The notes: generated from the sequence alone by a model not told the origin. Shown: positions 1-8,386, counted from the stretch's first letter. The stretch: 32,000 nucleotides of DNA from Opitutales bacterium (GCA_965219535.1 CBDCNV010000001.1:1470001-1502000), one strand, 5' to 3'. Program-made: numbers and translations.

Positions 1-4
1 ATTA

Positions 5-442
5 ATGACTAAGAAGGTATACATAATCGAAGACGACGAATTGACCTCTAAAATGATCACGAAGGTCATTGATACGTACTTCGATGATATAGAAGTGATT
101 GGAAGCAATCAAAATGGGCAGAGTGGAGTCGGCGAATGTGTGAAGTTGAATCCCGATCTCGCGATTGTTGATATACGTTTGCCTGATGTAAATGGATTAG
201 AAATATTACACATCCTTAAAAGAAGGCATCCGCAAATGAAAGTTTTGATTTATTCAGGGATCCTGAATCTTAATGCCATAAAACGCGCGCATCAGGGGAT
301 GGCAGACGGGATTATTGAGAAATCATAAGGCATTGAAGAACTAAAGGCGGCAATTGAAGCTATCGTCTCGGGCCGGTCTTATTATAGCCCGATAGTTACC
401 GAGCAGTTACTTCAACACGAAGTTATAAGTTTGGAGAGCTAG
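5..442 (+). pseudogene. Stand-alone CheY-like receiver (REC) protein interrupted by an in-frame TAA at 326-328. 5..328 covers beta1-beta5; 329..439 continues as the alpha5 helix; terminal TAG at 440-442.
   Basis: REC hallmarks are present: acidic pair IIEDDE, phospho-acceptor context AIVDIRLPDVNG, IYSG, and the conserved Lys in IIEK. Directly after the TAA the same frame reads GIEELKAAIEAIVSGRSYYSPIV, a typical REC alpha5 sequence. Confidence 0.7.
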
Positions 443-450
443 GGTAAGCA

Positions 451-478
451 ATTGCGGATTGCGGAATTCGGATGTCGG
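451..478. repeat. Short degenerate 7-bp tandem repeat: ATTGCGG ATTGCGG AATTCGG ATGTCGG
   Basis: Read directly from the sequence, immediately after the REC gene's stop. Confidence 0.5.
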
Positions 479-763
479 ACTTCGCTCTTGGTAGGGAATG
501 AGGGATGTCGCCCAAGCGATAGTGAGGCTCGGTAGCCGATTGGAGCTGGATAAATGACTGCTAGAAAAGTCATGGGTATTCAGTGAATAATCGATACCAG
601 TTCATTGCTCTTGTTATTGTGAGCTTATGCAAATCACTTCAATGACACGCTAATTCTGGTATTAGAAAATATTTCTGCCCTATCCTTTAATAATTTATTG
701 CAGCGAGCCCGATAAATAGAAACGCTGAATTTTATTTCAACATTGGAGAAAGAGTAGAAAAAT

Positions 764-1876
764 ATGTTAAATGAATTATCAATTATAAAAAAAGGTAAGA
801 GCGGCAGATTTTCATCCTGGGATACGACCGGGAGAAACTCAGACGCATGGATTATTGGTCCAGGGGAATCACGTGTATTAGCAGACATTAAAGGACCCGG
901 TGCTATCACTCACATCTGGATGACACAGATTAAACACTACCGTGAATGCTTACTAAAGTTCACCTGGGATAATGCCAAAAAACCGAGCGTTGTTGTTCCC
1001 CTCGGAGATTTTTTCTGCCTCGGGCATAGTATCGTTAATAGTTTCGAATCACTTTTGTTTACCGCTTCAACGCAGCACAACCATTGCTTTAATAATGGGT
1101 GCGCACTAAACAGTTATGCATCCATGCCATTTACGGAACGCGCGGTTGTAGAACTGGTTAATGAGAGTAATGAGGTCCATAAACAATATTTTTATATCGA
1201 TTATGAAACTTTCGATGAACCCAAAACTGAACATGGATATTTCCACGCGGAGTTTCGACGCTCCTATCCTTTTGGTGGATGGGGGGCGGAAATAGAAGTT
1301 AATACAGGTGAAGCTAATATCATAAATAAAGGTGAACTCGCATGGGACAGCAACTACGTCATTCTTGAGACCAAGGGACATGGCCATTACATCGGCTGCA
1401 ATCTTTCGGTCACCAATTTCAAAGGAGAATGGTGGGGTGAAGGCGATGATATGATTTGGGTCGATGGGTACAAGTGGCCGCCGGACCTTCATGGAACCGG
1501 GAGCGAGGACTACCTGAATCAGGCATATACGATGCAGCCTAATGCTTTCCTTCGCAACGGTTCATCCGTTTATGAACATAGTACCAAGGGCTATCAGACG
1601 AGCTATGTGTTCCACGTCGAAAACCCCATCAGATTCGAGAAAGAGATCAAGGTGACGATGGAACATGGGCATGGAAATCATTTAGCTAATGAGATGTCAT
1701 CTGTCGCTTATTGGTACGCTGATGCCCCCGGTCGCGTCGCGTCGCCACCACCCGTCGCGAAACGTTTGGCCGTCCCCCGCGATAATCAAGGTAATTGGCT
1801 CCACGATAAACGTAATCAGTGTCCGGGAAAAAAGATTCCGCTCAACGCGGAAATGAAAAGGAAGCTAGGCAAATAA
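764..1876 (+). CDS. DUF2961 family protein (GH172-like glycoside hydrolase)
   Basis: 370-aa ORF preceded by a GGAGAAAGAG RBS-like sequence. Motifs GAITHIWMT, WWGEGDDMIWVDG and GTGSEDY match my recollection of DUF2961. Confidence 0.72.
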   Translation: MLNELSIIKKGKSGRFSSWDTTGRNSDAWIIGPGESRVLADIKGPGAITHIWMTQIKHYRECLLKFTWDNAKKPSVVVPLGDFFCLGHSIVNSFESLLFTASTQHNHCFNNGCALNSYASMPFTERAVVELVNESNEVHKQYFYIDYETFDEPKTEHGYFHAEFRRSYPFGGWGAEIEVNTGEANIINKGELAWDSNYVILETKGHGHYIGCNLSVTNFKGEWWGEGDDMIWVDGYKWPPDLHGTGSEDYLNQAYTMQPNAFLRNGSSVYEHSTKGYQTSYVFHVENPIRFEKEIKVTMEHGHGNHLANEMSSVAYWYADAPGRVASPPPVAKRLAVPRDNQGNWLHDKRNQCPGKKIPLNAEMKRKLGK

Positions 1877-1916
1877 TTAAGTTTTCTGTGAGGCCTTTGA
1901 TTGTCATATATAATCG

Positions 1917-3305
1917 ATGACCGCAGGTTTAGAGAATGATCCCTCGACCCTGGTTCTAGATGTCGGAAAGACGCATGTTAAAGTTCTCGTTTTGAGTGAG
2001 GCGGGGTCAGTCCTCGAGGAGGCCAAGATGGACAACGTGTCTATCGACGGGCCGCCCTATACGCATTTTGACACGGACGGCATTTGGCAATGGCTTTTAT
2101 CAACCGTAAATAATTTAGCTGATAAAAGTAAGATACGAGCAATCGTTTCGACAACGCATGGCTGTGCGGCTGCTTTAGTTGATGGAAGTGAACTTGTTTT
2201 TCCCGTTCTTGATTATGAAGAGGAAATTCCGCTTGAGACTTCGGAAGCTTTTGAAGCGGTTGTGCCCCCATTTGCGGAGACGCATACACCAAAATTACCT
2301 GGAGGTCAGAATCTAGGCCGACAACTTTTCTGGTTCCAGCGAAACTTTCCGGAGGAGTTTTTACGGGTTAAGTGGATACTTACCTATCCGCAATACTGGG
2401 CGTGGCGCCTCAGTGGAGTTGCGGCAAGTGAACTCACGTCAATCGGTTGTCACGCTTACTTATGGAATCCACATAAAAGATGCTATTCCACTCTTGTCGA
2501 TCACCAGGGATGGGGCGCGCTATTTCCACCGATCAGACCTGCGTATGACGCGTTGGGAGCCATCCTCCCCAAAGTAGCGCAGGAAACTGGACTCGCACCC
2601 GAATGTCAGGTCTACAATGGGATCCATGATAGCAATGCCGCTTACAGTCTCTATCTAAGGGGATGCGCCAAGCCTTTCAGTCTCATTTCAACGGGCACAT
2701 GGGTTATAATTATCAGCCCGCGTTTTCCCGTGGCGAATCTCAATGAAGAGCGGGATACCCTGGCGAATGTAAACCTGAGGGGCGAACCGCTTCCAACCGG
2801 GCGTTACATGGGTGGAAGGGAATTTGAAATCCTGAGCAGAGATGCCGGTACGGGAAAGGAATTTACAGAAGCCGATTTACGAAAGGTCATAGCAAAGAAG
2901 AGTTTTATTCTCCCTTCATACGCGCCGGGCGGCCCATTTATGAATCGTGTGGGATCAACCTCTGGACCCGAATGTGAATTGAGCGGTGAAGTTCTTGCTC
3001 GAGCTACTCTTTATGTAGCACTCGTGACACTGACTAGCATGCGCATGCTTAATGTAGACGGTGATCTGATAATTTCCGGAAGCTTTGTCAACAATCCGTG
3101 GTATTGTCGATTGCTGGCAACGCTCGGTGAATGCGAGCGCTGTTATATCGATCATCAATCTGAAAGCACGGCGGTGGGCGCCGGCATTCTGGCTTTTTGG
3201 AATGATAAGGCCGTTGAATGGCCGTTGAATTTGACACCGGTTGAGAAATTCGAAGAACCGGGCCTCACAGCTTACGTTGAGGAGTGGCAGAACTTGAGTG
3301 GGTGA
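1917..3305 (+). CDS. FGGY-family carbohydrate kinase (rhamnulokinase/fuculokinase-like)
   Basis: 462 aa. N-terminal LVLDVGKTHVKVLVL is an actin-fold ATPase phosphate-1 motif; GIHDSNAA and STGTW motifs are present. Sugar-gene neighbourhood. Confidence 0.8.
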   Translation: MTAGLENDPSTLVLDVGKTHVKVLVLSEAGSVLEEAKMDNVSIDGPPYTHFDTDGIWQWLLSTVNNLADKSKIRAIVSTTHGCAAALVDGSELVFPVLDYEEEIPLETSEAFEAVVPPFAETHTPKLPGGQNLGRQLFWFQRNFPEEFLRVKWILTYPQYWAWRLSGVAASELTSIGCHAYLWNPHKRCYSTLVDHQGWGALFPPIRPAYDALGAILPKVAQETGLAPECQVYNGIHDSNAAYSLYLRGCAKPFSLISTGTWVIIISPRFPVANLNEERDTLANVNLRGEPLPTGRYMGGREFEILSRDAGTGKEFTEADLRKVIAKKSFILPSYAPGGPFMNRVGSTSGPECELSGEVLARATLYVALVTLTSMRMLNVDGDLIISGSFVNNPWYCRLLATLGECERCYIDHQSESTAVGAGILAFWNDKAVEWPLNLTPVEKFEEPGLTAYVEEWQNLSG

Positions 3306-3309
3306 ATAT

Positions 3310-3389
3310 CAGTGAACAGTGAACAGTGAACAGTGAACAGTGAACAGTGAACAGTGAACAGTGAACAGTGAACAGTGAACAGTGAACAG
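3310..3389. repeat. Pure heptanucleotide microsatellite (CAGTGAA), about 11.4 units
   Basis: Uninterrupted cagtgaa units start 5 nt after the kinase stop codon, with a degenerate ggtgaat unit at 3301-3307. The array is followed by gatcgttgttggttt, which resembles the junction motif at 13069-13087. Confidence 0.95.
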
Positions 3390-3524
3390 ATCGTTGTTGG
3401 TTTATTATGATTGAAATTCTGTGCGGCGGCAAGTGAAGACATGATTATAGAAGATTAAGTTGACTGAGTTTACTACTCATGAAATCTATCAACCAATTAA
3501 AAAAATCTTAATGGTTTAAATATT

Positions 3525-3935
3525 ATGAATCAGAATAATGAGAACAATGCAGTCTACGGTAATACAAATCCAAGCCCGGAAGATATTGAGAAGATGTCGG
3601 TTAAACGATTTGGATCTGTGATTGGGTTGAATAAGGAACAGGAAATCTATTACCGTCAATTGCATGCCGAAGTCTGGGACGGTGTCATAAATCGGATAAA
3701 AGCATCAAATATCAGAAATTACTCTATCTATATTACCGAAATCGAAGGAAAGAATTATCTGTTTAGTTATTTTGAATATACGGGCGAGGATTATGAATCA
3801 GATATGAAAGCCATGGGCGATGATGAATCAACGAAGCGGTGGTGGAAGGAGACCGATCCTTGTCAATTTCAGCTTCCCAGTAGAAATGAAGGAGATCAAT
3901 GGAGTCGGATGGAAATGGTATTTTTTACCGAATGA
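3525..3935 (+). CDS. rhaM: L-rhamnose mutarotase family protein. The true start may be ATG 3594 (MSVKRFGSVIGL...).
   Basis: KRFGSVIGLNKEQEIYYRQLHAEVWDGVINRIKASNIRNYSIY...WW.ETDPCQ matches the RhaM/DUF718 pattern. The first ~23 aa are a low-complexity N-rich extension. Confidence 0.75.
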   Translation: MNQNNENNAVYGNTNPSPEDIEKMSVKRFGSVIGLNKEQEIYYRQLHAEVWDGVINRIKASNIRNYSIYITEIEGKNYLFSYFEYTGEDYESDMKAMGDDESTKRWWKETDPCQFQLPSRNEGDQWSRMEMVFFTE

Positions 3936-4221
3936 GTCAGAGGCTAAATGATGATTATTAACTTCGTCTGTGTCCACGTCTTCGTCCCAGGGTATTTCGA
4001 TTAACTGGAACAGTAATATTTCATGTATAAATAATTCGTTTACCAAAAAGATGATTTTATGGTAAAAGAAGACGAGGACGAAGAGCTAGACGAAGACGAA
4101 GATATTGGATGATTATCAAATCTCCAGAGGTTGAATAGCTTGACCCTCAAAACAAAGAAGAGGTATAGGATTAATTCATCATGCACTACACAGTGATAAC
4201 ATTACACTTTGAAAGGAGACG

Positions 4222-5448
4222 ATGACTGATCAATCGCGTTACATAATCATCGGCGGTGGTCAAGCGGGTGGCTGGGCAGCCGCGACTATACGCAAGCAAG
4301 ATTTTAAAGGAGAGATTGTATTAGTCGCGGGCGAAAACTATCTACCTTATGAACGGCCACCTTTGTCAAAGTCTGTGCTCCTAGGTGAGGCCGAGATCGA
4401 GAGCACCTATCTGCGTGATAAATCGTTTTATGAAGAAGCTGATATCGAATTAAGATTAGGCGCGCGCGTGACGGCGTTAGATTGCGAAAATAAAGTTATA
4501 GATTTAGAGGGTGGTGAGCAGCTTGAGTATGCGCGTCTTCTCCTCGCCACGGGTTCCAACGTTCGCCGTTTGCCTATTCCCGGAGATGATTTTGAAGGGG
4601 TCTATTACCTGAGAGGCATCGACGACATGCTGGCATTAAAACAGAAACTGGTAGAAGGCGCGAAGATTGTTGTCATCGGGGCCGGATTTATCGGCTTAGA
4701 GGTGGCCGCCGCCGCCGCCAAGCTGGGCGCGCAAGTGCGAGTTATCGAAATTCAAAACACGATTCTCAATCGGGTCGTTGACGAGGAGGTTGCCGCCAGG
4801 GTGGCGCGTGAACATAATGAACATGGAGTAGAATTACTGACGAATACAGGTGTCAACGCGATAGTCGGTGATGGTCATGCGCGAGCAGTGACATTGTCGA
4901 ATGGTGAAGAAATTACCGCCGACGCGGTCGTCGTCGGAATCGGGGTTACACCGACTGTTGATCTCGCGGAGCAAGCCGGATTAAAAGTTGAGAACGGGAT
5001 TGTCGTTAATGAGTACGGAGAGACATCTGACCCCAACGTCTATGCCGCAGGTGATGTTACTAACCATTACAATCCACTTTACGCACGGCGTTTGCGGCTG
5101 GAATCCTGGCAAAATGCACAAGATCAGGCGATTGCGGTTGCAATGGTGATGTGTGACCAACGTGAGCCTTACAAAGCGGTGCCCTGGTTCTGGTCGGATC
5201 AATACGCTATGAATCTGCAGATGGCGGGTGTCGTCGATACATTCGATGAAGCGGTACTGCGACCGGGCGATGATGGGACTTTGCTTAAATTCTATCTCAA
5301 GGACAGCCGTATAATGGGTGCGGTCGGTATAAATCGAGGTCGCGATATTATGGTTGTTCGACGCATGATAACCAAGGGGGTCAGTGCAGATGCAAACGAG
5401 CTGGCTAACCCGGAAATCGAACTACGCAGCCTGGGTAAAAGCAATTAA
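4222..5448 (+). CDS. FAD-dependent pyridine nucleotide-disulfide oxidoreductase, ferredoxin/rubredoxin-reductase type
   Basis: Strong RBS (GAAAGGAGAcgATG). Contains GGGQAGG (FAD), GAGFIGLEVAAAAA (NAD) and AAGDV motifs. 408 aa. Confidence 0.82.
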   Translation: MTDQSRYIIIGGGQAGGWAAATIRKQDFKGEIVLVAGENYLPYERPPLSKSVLLGEAEIESTYLRDKSFYEEADIELRLGARVTALDCENKVIDLEGGEQLEYARLLLATGSNVRRLPIPGDDFEGVYYLRGIDDMLALKQKLVEGAKIVVIGAGFIGLEVAAAAAKLGAQVRVIEIQNTILNRVVDEEVAARVAREHNEHGVELLTNTGVNAIVGDGHARAVTLSNGEEITADAVVVGIGVTPTVDLAEQAGLKVENGIVVNEYGETSDPNVYAAGDVTNHYNPLYARRLRLESWQNAQDQAIAVAMVMCDQREPYKAVPWFWSDQYAMNLQMAGVVDTFDEAVLRPGDDGTLLKFYLKDSRIMGAVGINRGRDIMVVRRMITKGVSADANELANPEIELRSLGKSN

Positions 5449-5516
5449 GTGATTCGCGATACGCGAGGGGTAAATTTTATCGCAATATTCACGACAGGGT
5501 TATTTACTTATGCGCA

Positions 5517-6017
5517 ATGTTTAAGAAGGCCAAGCCCTGGTATGAGAAAGGATTAAAGTTCCAGTGCTCGATGTGCGGTAATTGTTGTAGCGGGCCGGAA
5601 GGTGAGATTCCGGTGCTCGCACAGGATAGACGACGATTAGCGAAACACGTAGGCCTGTCCATTCGATCATTTAATGAGCACTATACGACGATCTCAAAAA
5701 ATACAAAGAGCAGAATACTTAAGATGAATCCGACTCCTGGTAAAAAGGAAAGTTTGGATTGTATTTTTCTCGACCGGGAAAAGATACCGGGAAAAGCAAT
5801 ATGTTCAGCACATTCTGCCAAGCCGAAACAATGCCAGGCCTGGCCATTCTGGCCGTCTATTTTAGAAAACGAAAAATCATGGAAGGCGACCGGTAAGCAT
5901 TGCTGTGGTATCGATGATGGAGAACTTGTTCATTCGCAAAAAGAAATTGAAAAAAAAATGCGTATAATGAAAGGTCCCGAAAAAAAATTCGGTGCATTCG
6001 AGCGGAGTTGGAAGTGA
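5517..6017 (+). CDS. YkgJ-family cysteine-cluster protein (CxxCxxCC; putative Fe-S/Zn)
   Basis: Contains CSMCGNCC near the N-terminus, then CIFL...C...C.AWPFWP. These are typical of the YkgJ/UPF0153 family. Confidence 0.68.
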   Translation: MFKKAKPWYEKGLKFQCSMCGNCCSGPEGEIPVLAQDRRRLAKHVGLSIRSFNEHYTTISKNTKSRILKMNPTPGKKESLDCIFLDREKIPGKAICSAHSAKPKQCQAWPFWPSILENEKSWKATGKHCCGIDDGELVHSQKEIEKKMRIMKGPEKKFGAFERSWK

Positions 6018-6102
6018 TAATTGAATGTTGCATCTCTAATCCGCTCTCTGGATGCATGGAATATGGTTGCAAGTAATCTTAGCTAATCATAAATCTCAGA
6101 AA

Positions 6103-6951
6103 ATGGAAAAAATAGTCCAGGTGAAGCCTATCTTTCGGATCGACGCCCCGTCAGCTGAGGATCTCGACGCATTCCATCGGGATGGATTTGTAGCTTACCC
6201 CGCGGTATTCAGCGATGAGGGCCTCAAAGGGTTTGTCGATGAGATTCACAGTCGTGAACAGGTGACTGATTTTTTTAAGAATAATGATAAAGGTGAGCCC
6301 GATGAACATGGGATGAATATCAGGCCCTGGAACAACAAGGACCCCTGGTCAGATCAATTATTTGATGCCCCTTTAGTGACTGCGCTATTGCGCGCGATAA
6401 TCGGCGAGAATTTTCATTTCTGTCATTCAACAATGCATATAAAGATGCGAGGGGGTAAAGGTGTTCACGCTCATATGGATCATCACCATTGGTTCCATAA
6501 TAATCCTGTTAATATTGCTGAACGTGATAAGTGGTATGTTCAGATGCTCTACTACCCCAATGGATTTAAGGGGGGAGATGCGAGTCTCGCGGTGATTCCC
6601 GGGAGCCACCGGTTTGTACCTGTGCCCGATAAACAACCCCATTACGATACCTTGGAGGATATGTTGGAGGGAGTAGGTAGTGAGCAAGCTGGGCGTGAAC
6701 TTAAAGTAAAACATTTCGAACTTCCGCCCGGTAGTATGGTATGCCTTAACGCCAGGACTTACCACGCAGTCACCCCAAAACCGTTAGATTCTCCGCAGGA
6801 GTACCGGATCTTTTGTAACTATATATTCAAAGAGGCGGGCCCGCCCCACCGTCACACACAAGCCATTCCACCCGATTGGTTAGAAGATGTAAGTTCCGAA
6901 CGGCGAAAATTATTTGATCGCGAGCCCTACACCGAAGTGTGTTGGGAATGA
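6103..6951 (+). CDS. PhyH-like Fe(II)/2-oxoglutarate dioxygenase, paralog 1. The maximal ORF starts at 6052; the preferred start is ATG 6103.
   Basis: N-terminal L..FHRDGFV, HxD in HAHMDHH, VIPGSH and a distal His in ARTYHAV. The start was chosen because the upstream extension is not conserved as coding sequence in paralog 2. Confidence 0.66.
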   Translation: MEKIVQVKPIFRIDAPSAEDLDAFHRDGFVAYPAVFSDEGLKGFVDEIHSREQVTDFFKNNDKGEPDEHGMNIRPWNNKDPWSDQLFDAPLVTALLRAIIGENFHFCHSTMHIKMRGGKGVHAHMDHHHWFHNNPVNIAERDKWYVQMLYYPNGFKGGDASLAVIPGSHRFVPVPDKQPHYDTLEDMLEGVGSEQAGRELKVKHFELPPGSMVCLNARTYHAVTPKPLDSPQEYRIFCNYIFKEAGPPHRHTQAIPPDWLEDVSSERRKLFDREPYTEVCWE

Positions 6952-7000
6952 GTTATCTAACGATAAGTGTTAGGTATTAATCAACTAGGTTGAACACTTT

Positions 7001-7055
7001 ACCTGCCAACCTTGGCTCTATGCAGCAGAGCAACGTTTGGTCCACAGCGCTTTTT
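7001..7055 (+). repeat. Degenerate copy of the REP-like intergenic element
   Basis: acctgccaaccttggc ... gtttggtccacagcgcttttt resembles ctgccagccataaccttggcgaaggttggtccctagcgcgcttctt at 13080-13140. Confidence 0.45.
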
Positions 7056-7240
7056 ATTGGATAAATCAATACTCGAAGTGTAAGCCAACCGCCGACAGTT
7101 CATTACTAAACGCCTATACCCAACACAACCCGATAGCGTCGGTGTAGCGGTTATGGTTTTGAATGGCGCATTGGTCATTCAATCCATGGATGCCTGGAAT
7201 ATGATTGCAAGTAATCTTAGCTAATCAAAAATCACAAAAG

Positions 7241-8089
7241 ATGGAAAATACAGTCCGGGTTAAGCCAATCTTTAAGATCGACGCCCCGTCAGCAGAGGAT
7301 CTCGCCGCATTTCATCGGGACGGCTATGTAGCTTTCCCCGCGGTATTCAGCGATGAGGGACTGAAAGGTTTTCTCGATGAGATTCACAGTCGTGAACAGG
7401 TCATTGAATTATTTAAAAAAAATGATGATGAGCTCAATAAAATGACTTCTCCCTATCGAATGGGTATTAGACCCTGGAACAATAAGGGACCATGGTCAGA
7501 TCAATTGTTCGATGCGCCGTTGGTGACGGCGCTATTACGTGCAACGATCGGCAAAGCGATTCACTTTTGCCATTCATCGTTGAATATATCGTTGCGGGGC
7601 TGTGGAGGCATTCGCGCTCATATGGATCACCATCATTGGCTCCATAACAATCCCGTTAACCTTGCTGAAAGGGATAAGTGGTATATTCAGATGCTCTACT
7701 ACCCCAATGGTTTTAAGCGAGGAGATACGAATCTCGCAGTGGTTCCCGGGAGCCATTTGAGTATACCAACAATCGATCGTTACGCTAAACTGGAAGAGTT
7801 GCTAGATGGAAAGTACGACGAGCAGGCAGGGCGTGAACTTAAACTAAAACATCTCGAACTACCGCCCGGGAGCATGGTTTTCCTAAATGCAAGAACTTTC
7901 CACGCTGTCTCCCCTAATCCGCTAGATTCTCAGCAGGAGTACCGCATTTTTGTTCCCTACATTTTCAAAGAGGCAGGGCCACCCCATCGATACACACAGT
8001 TCATTCCCCCTGAATGGTTAGAAAGTACAAGTCCCGAGCGTAAAAAGCTTTTTAAACGCGAATCCTTCACCGATGGATGCTGGGAATGA
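7241..8089 (+). CDS. PhyH-like Fe(II)/2-oxoglutarate dioxygenase, paralog 2. The track ORF from 7205 begins with TTG.
   Basis: Collinear with paralog 1 and highly similar by eye. Same HAHMDHH, VVPGSH and ARTFHAV motifs. Confidence 0.66.
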   Translation: MENTVRVKPIFKIDAPSAEDLAAFHRDGYVAFPAVFSDEGLKGFLDEIHSREQVIELFKKNDDELNKMTSPYRMGIRPWNNKGPWSDQLFDAPLVTALLRATIGKAIHFCHSSLNISLRGCGGIRAHMDHHHWLHNNPVNLAERDKWYIQMLYYPNGFKRGDTNLAVVPGSHLSIPTIDRYAKLEELLDGKYDEQAGRELKLKHLELPPGSMVFLNARTFHAVSPNPLDSQQEYRIFVPYIFKEAGPPHRYTQFIPPEWLESTSPERKKLFKRESFTDGCWE

Positions 8090-8133
8090 GTGGGAAGCTT
8101 GTAAGCGAAGATGCGTGAATGCGATGAAGGGGA

Positions 8134-8178
8134 ACGCGTCCTGCGATGAGGTTGGTCGAATCGTGTCCCTAGCTCGTT
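8134..8178 (+). repeat. 45-nt direct repeat, copy 1 (REP-related, C-type)
   Basis: acgcgtcctgcgatgaggttGgtcgaatcgtgtccctagcTcgtt. It matches 8304-8348 with 2 mismatches. Confidence 0.9.
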
Positions 8179-8200
8179 CAATTATCTAATAATGAATAAC

Positions 8201-8260
8201 AAGAAGCGTGCTGGGAACAGCCTTCGCCATGGCTATGGCGGTCAGGCAGCCCGCTCCACC
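8201..8260 (-). repeat. REP-like element, inverted copy of 13080-13140
   Basis: The reverse complement ggtggagcgggctgcctgaccgccatagccatggcgaaggctgttcccagcacgcttctt aligns collinearly with 13080-13140. Confidence 0.85.
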
Positions 8261-8303
8261 TTATAGCTTTGTATAATATAATTGATTAATGTAATAATGG
8301 TGG

Positions 8304-8348
8304 ACGCGTCCTGCGATGAGGTTAGTCGAATCGTGTCCCTAGCGCGTT
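8304..8348 (+). repeat. 45-nt direct repeat, copy 2 (REP-related, C-type)
   Basis: acgcgtcctgcgatgaggttAgtcgaatcgtgtccctagcGcgtt. It begins inside the 10-nt palindrome GGACGCGTCC. Confidence 0.9.
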
Positions 8349-8386
8349 TTTGCTATCCTTCATTCCATTGACTACTTGATCACGTG

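Noticed and set aside
634-909. 91-aa minus-strand ORF upstream of and overlapping the DUF2961 gene
   Set aside because: It overlaps the well-supported DUF2961 start, has AT-rich low-complexity sequence and no recognisable domain.
3310-3389. Tandem repeat array considered as a CRISPR array
   Set aside because: The units are 7 bp and directly abutting, with no spacers. This is a microsatellite, not CRISPR.
8150-8170. ggttggtcgaatcgtgtcc resembling a tRNA T-arm (GGTTCGAATCC)
   Set aside because: No acceptor, D or anticodon arms can be drawn around it. The same sequence recurs 170 nt away as part of a direct repeat, so it is a repeat element, not a tRNA.
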